Shown here: positions 11,959 to 17,508 of the stretch, one piece after another | Numbering within the stretch: position 1 is the first letter of the stretch | Layout of the letters: each line of letters starts with the position of its first letter | NCBI GenBank assembly: GCA_902617415.1 | Contig: CACMWQ010000002.1 | Span: 98,884 to 162,883, forward strand | Source of the DNA: an uncultured Pelagibacteraceae bacterium | GTDB taxonomy: Bacteria; Pseudomonadota; Alphaproteobacteria; Pelagibacterales; Pelagibacteraceae | Length of the DNA stretch: 64,000 nucleotides | Direction: 5' to 3' | The notes under the pieces: model-generated | Seen by the model: the letters and a program-made list of their open reading frames with translations, nothing else | The model's database searches: none | Told to the model about the DNA's origin: nothing | Translations under genes and position numbers: made by a program

Positions 11959-11974
11959 TAAATAAATTAATTAG

Positions 11975-12030
11975 TGGTGCCCTCGGCCAGACTCGAACTG
12001 GCACTCCCAAAAGGGCAAGGATTTTAAGTC
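11975..12030 (-). pseudogene. 3' 56 nt of a second tRNA-Leu(UAA) gene (copy B), severed in the anticodon loop; left prophage junction
   Basis: It matches 55 of the 56 bases at 9964-10019 (single C/T difference in the T-stem). The match ends at TTTTAAGTC (12022-12030), which is the anticodon loop read on the plus strand. Confidence 0.9.
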
Positions 12031-12089
12031 TACCGACAAAATTAAAGTTAAGCTATAGCTCACTTTTACTACGCCTCCTGGTTCCTGTC

Positions 12090-12125
12090 TGCACAATTGC
12101 ACACACAATGCACAATTTATGCACA
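12090..12125 (-). repeat. Four copies of TGTGCA (read on the minus strand) in the attL-side phage arm; candidate integrase arm-type sites
   Basis: TGCACA occurs at 12090-12095, 12098-12103, 12109-12114 and 12120-12125, between the core and the int stop codon. Related doublets occur at 17086-17099 and 50629-50646. Confidence 0.45.
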
Positions 12126-12134
12126 CTCAAATTA

Positions 12135-13172
12135 CTAACTTTTACCTCCAGAAACAACTTTTAAATTGTTATGAAGGTTATCCAACTTCTTAGCTAAATC
12201 AATCTTAGCTTTAGGAAAGAAATGAATATATCTTTTTGCCATTGGTGAATTGTAAGACCAACCCATCCAATCGCAAACTTCCATATACGTTGCACCAGCT
12301 TCAGCAAGTCTTGATGCACAAGTATGTCTACATGAATGAAAGATGAAGTCTTTATTTTCTGACTGACCAAGAGCATGCCTAACCATATCCCATTTGTAGG
12401 TTATCTTTCTGTAGCTAGTGTCAAAGTAAGTCTTCATGTTACTTCTTCTCATAAGTATTTCTTTAGTTCTTGCAGTAATACCAACTGATGAAGTTGTGTC
12501 TGTTTTACTTCTATACACATAGCTAGTCCAACCATACTGAGACTTCAGCATGTCTTTAGGTGCAAGTTTAATTAACTCGTTAGCACGAGCACCAGTATCT
12601 ATTAGTACAGTTACAAAATCTTCTAAGTCGTTAAACCCATAGGTTCTGCACTGTTGATAAATAGCTTCCTCTTGTTCGTAACTATATGTAAACAGTCTTG
12701 TTAGCTTTTCTTTTTTTCTAGGTATTTTAAGTAAATGCTTTGGAGCTAAACCCATTCCAAGAGCATATCTAAACACCTTGTTTAAGCAACAAGCCCTTCT
12801 GTTGTTAGTTGCTGTATCCTCAAACTGAGCCGCAAACTTATACCACTCAGCTTTATCTATTTCTCTAAGCAACTTATCTTTACCCCAGAAATTGTAGAAC
12901 ATAGTAAAATAATACTTTTGTTTTTTACCATGGTCTGTATCTAACCAACCACTTTCTGGGTCGTTCCATGTAGCTTCACAAGCTTGTTGTAAAGTTACTT
13001 CTGACCTACTGATAGTAAGACCAATTTCTTTACCATCAATAAGTGCTTTCTTTAGTTTGTCTTCAGCAAGAACAGCTTCATCATAAGTATTAACAGTGCA
13101 ACCTTTTCTGCCTCTGCCTTTTACTTGTATCTGAACTCTGAACTTACCATTACTTGTCTTTTGTATACCCAT
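12135..13172 (-). CDS. int: Tyrosine recombinase / phage integrase
   Basis: Catalytic blocks TGARANEL (Arg), HSCRHTCASRL (His-x-x-Arg) and AKRYIH (Tyr). I trimmed the start to ATG 13172 (MGIQKTSNGKFRVQ), which is preceded by AGGAGG 9 nt upstream. The gene is adjacent to the att junction. Confidence 0.93.
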   Translation of the reverse strand: MGIQKTSNGKFRVQIQVKGRGRKGCTVNTYDEAVLAEDKLKKALIDGKEIGLTISRSEVTLQQACEATWNDPESGWLDTDHGKKQKYYFTMFYNFWGKDKLLREIDKAEWYKFAAQFEDTATNNRRACCLNKVFRYALGMGLAPKHLLKIPRKKEKLTRLFTYSYEQEEAIYQQCRTYGFNDLEDFVTVLIDTGARANELIKLAPKDMLKSQYGWTSYVYRSKTDTTSSVGITARTKEILMRRSNMKTYFDTSYRKITYKWDMVRHALGQSENKDFIFHSCRHTCASRLAEAGATYMEVCDWMGWSYNSPMAKRYIHFFPKAKIDLAKKLDNLHNNLKVVSGGKS

Positions 13173-13173
13173 T

Positions 13174-13521
13174 TTATATAGCCTCCTTTGCTTTAGGTAT
13201 GTCATTGAATAGGCTCTTAAATTTATGTCCAACAGTAGTAAGAATAATATCTTTTTGTCTTCTATCTTCACTGCTTTCAGATAATTTAATGAGACCTAAG
13301 TTTACTAATACTGCATTGTTTCTCGATAGAGACGCAGAATTTAACAGCTTGCCATACAATTCATAAAATTTTTTATTTGTATTTTCTACTGTTAATGTTC
13401 CCTCTTTCAGATGACACATGCAGTGAAATAACATCAAGGTATGTAGGTATAACCCATTGTCCATATTCTTATTTTTACCCAACTTATAGAACCTTGACGC
13501 AACTTCTCCGAAGTTACTCAT
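13174..13521 (-). CDS. MarR-like winged-helix DNA-binding protein (candidate lysogeny regulator or recombination directionality factor)
   Basis: 115 aa from ATG 13521, which has AAGGAG 7 nt upstream. SASLSRNNAVLVNLGLIKLSESSEDRRQKDIILTTVG fits the MarR recognition helix plus DRR wing. Its stop lies 1 nt before the int ATG. Confidence 0.55.
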   Translation of the reverse strand: MSNFGEVASRFYKLGKNKNMDNGLYLHTLMLFHCMCHLKEGTLTVENTNKKFYELYGKLLNSASLSRNNAVLVNLGLIKLSESSEDRRQKDIILTTVGHKFKSLFNDIPKAKEAI

Positions 13522-13651
13522 ATTGTGCTCCTTGTTAATGTTAGGCAAGAATATACAGGTGTTGTTATTATAAACGCCTCTACCACCAAAAGAGGCTAAC
13601 CCATTATTTTTTATGTTTATCACTTGCATTAATAAATCTGTATCAGAAATG

Positions 13652-13685
13652 ACTACGCTAGTCTACTTATTTAACTAGCGTAATT
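13652..13685. repeat. Inverted repeat TACGCTAG...CTAGCGTA (halves of the ACGCTAGCGT palindrome family)
   Basis: TACGCTAG at 13654-13661 and CTAGCGTA at 13675-13682 are reverse complements separated by 13 nt. They lie in the gap upstream of the MarR-like gene. Confidence 0.5.
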
Positions 13686-13953
13686 ACTTCAAATTTGTTA
13701 CTTTTTTACTATTTTCTGATTTTTCTCTGATATTTGTATCCAGGTCATACAGCCCTGCATCAGCTAATTCTACTAGCCTGTTGATGCTTACAACCAAACG
13801 CCACTTAAAGAGCCTAAACATAATAACTCTTTCGTAGTTGTTCTTGTAGCTGTTGAACTCAATAGGAGACTTGAAAGTCTGCTTATAAAGTTCTTTCGCT
13901 GGAACAAATAATGAAACGTCTTCAATAGTACAATCTATATTTTTATATTTCAT
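13684..13953 (-). CDS. Hypothetical protein (89 aa)
   Basis: ORF in the collinear minus-strand array. Its start overlaps the upstream ORF stop by 1 nt. No recognisable motif. Confidence 0.5.
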   Translation of the reverse strand: MKYKNIDCTIEDVSLFVPAKELYKQTFKSPIEFNSYKNNYERVIMFRLFKWRLVVSINRLVELADAGLYDLDTNIREKSENSKKVTNLK

Positions 13954-14198
13954 TACTTAACTCCTACAGTATTAAATTTATTTACCAACTGAACATCTGT
14001 AGAACAGCTAGCAAACACTTTTTTTAGCACCCTCTGAGTTAAAAAAAGTTCTGACAAGAACCTATCTACTAAATATGTGATTTGGATTACCTTTGTCAAG
14101 AGAACAGAGAAAAAATAATTACGCTTGCAGATAGTAATTGGTAGACTACTGTGCATGGCGGTAATCCCAGTGTATAAGTTTTTGTTATAATCAGACAT
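13953..14198 (-). CDS. Hypothetical protein (81 aa)
   Basis: ORF in the collinear array. No recognisable motif. Confidence 0.45.
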   Translation of the reverse strand: MSDYNKNLYTGITAMHSSLPITICKRNYFFSVLLTKVIQITYLVDRFLSELFLTQRVLKKVFASCSTDVQLVNKFNTVGVK

Positions 14199-14208
14199 GC
14201 AGGTTTAC

Positions 14209-14415
14209 TTACTGTTTCAGTTGCATTGACAATTCATCTACTTCTTTAAAATAAAACTTAGCAGTAGGATATGTTGCTCTTACTGCATTCTTTATTCTTT
14301 TAAATGAATTGATGTAGCTTCTAATACTACCTGCTACAACAGGTGGACTTTCAACGAACACCTGGTGCTTTAATCCTCTATCTGATACGAGGACTTTTTT
14401 TGTATCAATTGTCAT
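14209..14415 (-). CDS. Hypothetical protein (68 aa from internal Met; track ORF extends to 14550)
   Basis: The upstream part of the track ORF overlaps the RHH gene in another frame. The Met at 14415 (MTIDTKKVLV) gives only an 11-nt overlap with the RHH stop. Confidence 0.4.
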   Translation of the reverse strand: MTIDTKKVLVSDRGLKHQVFVESPPVVAGSIRSYINSFKRIKNAVRATYPTAKFYFKEVDELSMQLKQ

Positions 14416-14671
14416 TTGATTTACCTTCACTTGAAGACCTAGAAAGAATAGCTTTTGTTGTGACCCACCATCTGGTGAACCTCCCATGCTTCCTTTGAGC
14501 TGGTGTAACATAAACATAAGAGTTAATCTTACGCTTCCATTCTTTATCAACTATATAAGTTATCATTGCTGATTTACTTATTGGTGTTTCATTAATAGCT
14601 GATAGGTCTTTCAGTTTATTATATGTTTCTCTTTTTAATGATACGTTTGCGTATTTGCTTGTATCTGTCAT
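14405..14671 (-). CDS. Putative ribbon-helix-helix (Arc/MetJ/CopG-like) DNA-binding protein
   Basis: The N-terminus ANVSLKRETYNKLKDLSAINETPISKSAMITYIVDKEW fits a beta-strand/helix/helix pattern. It is the first gene downstream of a near-consensus sigma70 promoter. Confidence 0.45.
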   Translation of the reverse strand: MTDTSKYANVSLKRETYNKLKDLSAINETPISKSAMITYIVDKEWKRKINSYVYVTPAQRKHGRFTRWWVTTKAILSRSSSEGKSNDN

Positions 14672-14789
14672 AATTTACCTCACTTTGTTAAATCCCTGCT
14701 CTTGTGGTAGAAAGAATGCTATTGAAGCAATAGGCCTTTAGTCCACTCTCGTTCAATAGAAAAACCCAGCAAGAGCAAAGATACCTATA

Positions 14790-14817
14790 ATTATAAGAGC
14801 CCTGGCTGATTTATCAA
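14790..14817 (-). promoter_or_regulatory. Near-consensus sigma70-type promoter facing the RHH...int gene block
   Basis: The minus strand reads TTGATA (14817-14812), a 16-nt spacer, then TATAAT (14795-14790). About 110 nt of leader precede the ATG at 14671. Confidence 0.5.
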
Positions 14818-14877
14818 TTTATACATTCCACAGTTGCATGGTGGTGTACCTGTTTATTCCACTGCTTCGTGGTGATG

Positions 14878-15804
14878 TTATTTTAATTTAGTTGGTAGCT
14901 TGTCATTAGGATTATCTTCATTCCAAGCTTCAATCATAAGAATAATATTCTGTCTTAAATTCTCATCTGATTTAAAATAGATGTCATTATCAACAGACCA
15001 CTTTCTGAAATCATCACTAACTGCAAAAACTTTAAGAGGCTTTTTACTTTTAGAATGTTTTCTCCATATTTTTATAAACTCATTTACAGTGTATTTAGCA
15101 TTGTTTCTGTACTCTCTAAATATCCTCAGTTCCAGAAATCTTTTTTTAGTTTGCACTGAACCTATTGAGTAATCTAAAGCTTCCTGCGGTGTCATATTTA
15201 TAGACCGCAACACCTGCACCACTTCATTCCAGGCTTGTTCATCATTAAAATCATCTCCAACTTCAAATTTTTTCTGTTGCTTACCATGAGCTTTTATTAT
15301 GTCGTGTACGAACTTAAGATTATTACTTGCCATATAATCTATAAATTTATCTGACATATTTCTCACCATGTGATTTTGATTTAGCTTTACAGATTTTCTT
15401 AGACCTATTTGTGGAACTATTGCCATAGTTTTGTCAGGTCTAAATTTTTGTTTTCTTACTGCACCACCTGTAAGAGTTACTGATTTTTGGTGCCGCAATA
15501 CTTGCATTGTCTCTTGAAGTGGAGCTGTATTTTTTCGCACCTGCATCATAGCTTTTGAAATATTATCAAATTGATTTTGATTTATTTTAACGCTTTTTAA
15601 TATGTCTTGCAGTGCCAGGTTATGACTTTCTAATTCTTTTTTTAAATTGAATGAACTTCTTTTTAGTTCTCTTTCTTTTTCATTTAGAACTGTTTTGTAT
15701 GCTTCATTCTTTTTTCGCTTCTTTTTATCACTAAAGAAATCATCAAATATATCTTTAAAAGGTTCGTTTATTTCTTCAGCTAGCGTTTTCTTTTTCTTAG
15801 CCAT
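14878..15804 (-). CDS. Hypothetical protein (308 aa), Lys-rich N-terminus, no recognisable domain
   Basis: Long intact ORF bracketed by tandem terminators upstream and a strong promoter downstream. There is no SD sequence. Confidence 0.6.
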   Translation of the reverse strand: MAKKKKTLAEEINEPFKDIFDDFFSDKKKRKKNEAYKTVLNEKERELKRSSFNLKKELESHNLALQDILKSVKINQNQFDNISKAMMQVRKNTAPLQETMQVLRHQKSVTLTGGAVRKQKFRPDKTMAIVPQIGLRKSVKLNQNHMVRNMSDKFIDYMASNNLKFVHDIIKAHGKQQKKFEVGDDFNDEQAWNEVVQVLRSINMTPQEALDYSIGSVQTKKRFLELRIFREYRNNAKYTVNEFIKIWRKHSKSKKPLKVFAVSDDFRKWSVDNDIYFKSDENLRQNIILMIEAWNEDNPNDKLPTKLK

Positions 15805-15850
15805 GTAAGAGATATAACAATTTAAAAATAAAAATGTAAGAGAATAACTA

Positions 15851-15916
15851 AAATAAAAAAATCTACCTTGTAATTGGTAGATATAAAAAAGGCCTAAGAG
15901 ATGAACCCCTAGGCCT
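15851..15916 (-). terminator. Tandem intrinsic terminators after the ArdA unit
   Basis: On the minus-strand RNA, AGGCCTA(13-nt loop)TAGGCCT (15916-15890) is followed by a U-run. ATCTACC(8-nt loop)GGTAGAT (15882-15861) is then followed by a second U-run. Confidence 0.6.
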
Positions 15917-15928
15917 TTTAAATTCTTT

Positions 15929-16012
15929 TTAAAGTGCTCCTGTTGCTTTCATTCCAAGAATTGCAATTATTCCAATGATAGCAAGTCCAGATATAAATAA
16001 ACAAATAAACAT
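15929..16012 (-). CDS. Possible 27-aa hydrophobic micro-protein (MFICLFISGLAIIGIIAILGMKATGAL)
   Basis: Its ATG lies 3 nt after the ArdA stop. It is a single hydrophobic helix and ends just before the terminator. It is too short for the ORF track. Confidence 0.25.
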   Translation of the reverse strand: MFICLFISGLAIIGIIAILGMKATGAL

Positions 16013-16015
16013 TTT

Positions 16016-16573
16016 TTAATAATTCCTAAAAATGTGTGTTTGATAGCCTGGTGCGTCTGCTGTCCAGTAGTCCATTTCCAAATCTCTAGCAAAGCCTTCA
16101 TAATCAAAATAGCTTGCTATATGGTCTGGAATTTCCATTGTTTCGTCTGCTGTCTGGTCTGCGTATTCTCTGAAGTTGTCAAAGGTACCTACAAAAGCTT
16201 CCTCAATGCTTTCTTTCAGGTTGTCTGCTTCAAAGTCTGTAAAGTTCTCAAGATAACCATGAACTATTGATGGCTCAAAGTCTTCAAGAGTTCTTGCAAC
16301 CTCGCAAACCTTCTCCAGGTCTGGATACTCTCCCAAGTCTGGAAAGTTGTTATAGTCGTGAATTGCCCATTCTTCTGGGTCTCCAACTGGTGAACCTTTT
16401 AGAACTTCTTGTATTTGTTCTTCTAGTTCTTCCTTTGTTGATTTAGGTACAATCCAAGCACCATGCAGATAGCCTGAATTATACGCAGATAAACAAGCAA
16501 CCCAAATTGATGGCTTGTCTACTTCTTGGCCTTTGTCATCTTTGACAATAGCCTGCGTTGTCGTTGTTGTCAT
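16016..16573 (-). CDS. ardA: ArdA-family antirestriction protein (DNA mimic)
   Basis: 185 aa and strongly acidic. IWVACLSAYNSGYLHGAWI and EEWAIHDYNNF match the ArdA N-terminal signature as I recall it. It is located in the early region. Confidence 0.75.
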   Translation of the reverse strand: MTTTTTQAIVKDDKGQEVDKPSIWVACLSAYNSGYLHGAWIVPKSTKEELEEQIQEVLKGSPVGDPEEWAIHDYNNFPDLGEYPDLEKVCEVARTLEDFEPSIVHGYLENFTDFEADNLKESIEEAFVGTFDNFREYADQTADETMEIPDHIASYFDYEGFARDLEMDYWTADAPGYQTHIFRNY

Positions 16574-16587
16574 TGTTATGCCTCTTT

Positions 16588-16734
16588 CTAGCGTATTTAA
16601 GAACGCTAGCGTAGCAATAGCATAAGAACGCTAGCGTAGTCAATATATAAAATAATTATTTTTTTCTATAGGTAAATTAATAGATGTATTACTATTAATT
16701 TATAATCATTCTAAACTGTGAACGCTGGCGTAGC
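16588..16734. repeat. Cluster of ACGCTAGCGT palindromes (candidate operators) upstream of ardA
   Basis: Perfect ACGCTAGCGT occurs at 16603-16612 and 16628-16637, inside a 16-nt direct repeat AAGAACGCTAGCGTAG (16599-16614 and 16624-16639). A half-site CTAGCGTA lies at 16588-16595 and the variant GAACGCTGGCGTAGC at 16720-16734. Confidence 0.55.
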
Positions 16735-16737
16735 TTT

Positions 16738-16962
16738 CTATTCTACTTGGTCAAGTGTTTTGATTATTTCTTTTTTTAAATATGGAATTATTTCCTGACC
16801 ATCTTCTGGATATATAACAGTAATATTTCTATTTACATGCCTGCAAAGGCTGTCCAGGATTTCCTCAAGCTTTTGAATTGTCCTTGCTTTGTCTTGTGGT
16901 GTTTTCATAATTAGTAATAACATATAATTTTTAAAATGTTTAAAACAGATAAGAGCAAACAA
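16738..16962 (-). CDS. Hypothetical early protein (74 aa; may start at an internal Met, MKTPQDK)
   Basis: ORF in the collinear array. No recognisable motif. Confidence 0.4.
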   Translation of the reverse strand: MFALICFKHFKNYMLLLIMKTPQDKARTIQKLEEILDSLCRHVNRNITVIYPEDGQEIIPYLKKEIIKTLDQVE

Positions 16963-17027
16963 ACGACTGTAAAAAAATTTGTAGCTTTCAGGACAATAAA
17001 CAAGGTTTTTTGTTGTAGAAGGATATA

Positions 17028-17042
17028 AAGTCTACCGACAAA
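17028..17042. repeat. 15-bp exact copy (AAGTCTACCGACAAA) of the attL core/arm junction at 12026-12040
   Basis: Direct repeat. Including flanks, 17023-17042 matches reconstructed attP (TTTTTAAGTCTACCGACAAA) at 17 of 20 positions. Confidence 0.7.
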
Positions 17043-17085
17043 GCTAGATAAATCAATATTTCTAGGCCATTATAAATAAATATTT

Positions 17086-17157
17086 TGTGCATTTGTGCAC
17101 CCCCTGGCATTATTTTTGCAAATACGCCTGGCATTGGGGGTATTTTTTCCAGGGCAT
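17086..17157 (+). repeat. TGTGCA doublet plus three CCWGGCAT direct repeats in the TerL-distal non-coding region
   Basis: TGTGCA occurs at 17086-17091 and 17094-17099. CCTGGCAT occurs at 17103-17110 and 17127-17134, and CCAGGGCAT at 17149-17157. An ACCCCC/GGGGGT inverted pair brackets the first two CCTGGCAT copies. Confidence 0.5.
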
Positions 17158-17189
17158 ATTGCGTGACCCCAACAGAAATTTATACCAAA

Positions 17190-17426
17190 TTATTCTATGT
17201 TAGATTTTTCAAACAAGAACTCAAAGAAACTCCCAAGGTTTCTCTGTAAATAACTATCATAAGATAATCTTTTAGGTTTCTTTTGTTTAGTATTGTCTAC
17301 CACTAAGGCTAACTTAGGCTTCATTAATTTTAAATATACCTGTTCTTGAGGCTTAGGTAGCTCATTACGACTGTCGGTGTCCATAATTCTCACTAGGTAT
17401 ATTATATTATCTATATTCATAATCAT
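17190..17426 (-). CDS. Hypothetical early protein (78 aa)
   Basis: ORF in the collinear array, downstream of a GGACACTATAGAT motif. Confidence 0.45.
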   Translation of the reverse strand: MIMNIDNIIYLVRIMDTDSRNELPKPQEQVYLKLMKPKLALVVDNTKQKKPKRLSYDSYLQRNLGSFFEFLFEKSNIE

Positions 17427-17490
17427 TAATAGGAAAGCTAATGCTCTCTTGTAGTTTAACCTATAGGTATAGCTAGTGTTGCACCCCTCT

Positions 17491-17503
17491 ATCTATAGTG
17501 TCC
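17491..17503 (-). promoter_or_regulatory. Candidate phage-RNAP promoter GGACACTATAGAT (position analogous to T7 phiOR)
   Basis: The minus strand reads AATACATGGACACTATAGATAG. GACACTATAG is identical to the -9..+1 portion of the SP6 promoter consensus. It lies just after the TerL stop. Confidence 0.5.
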
Positions 17504-17508
17504 ATGTA

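Noticed and set aside
12031-12036. TACCGA following the core at attL matches the D-arm of the phage tRNA (GTCTACCGA), suggesting attL might be a tRNA with a 9-bp deletion
   Set aside because: Only 6 extra bases match before the sequences diverge completely. The same AAGTCTACCGACAAA string exists elsewhere in the phage (17028-17042), so it is phage arm sequence, not tRNA remnant.
12194-12376. 60-aa minus-strand ORF inside the integrase gene
   Set aside because: It is an out-of-frame overlap with the region encoding the integrase catalytic His-x-x-Arg/Tyr blocks.
17105-17120. Sigma54-type -24/-12 match TGGCAT-N5-TTGCA on the plus strand
   Set aside because: The spacing fits, but nothing is encoded downstream on the plus strand. 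The GG/GC elements are part of the CCTGGCAT direct repeats. As far as I recall, streamlined SAR11 genomes have very few sigma factors. I treat it as coincidental.
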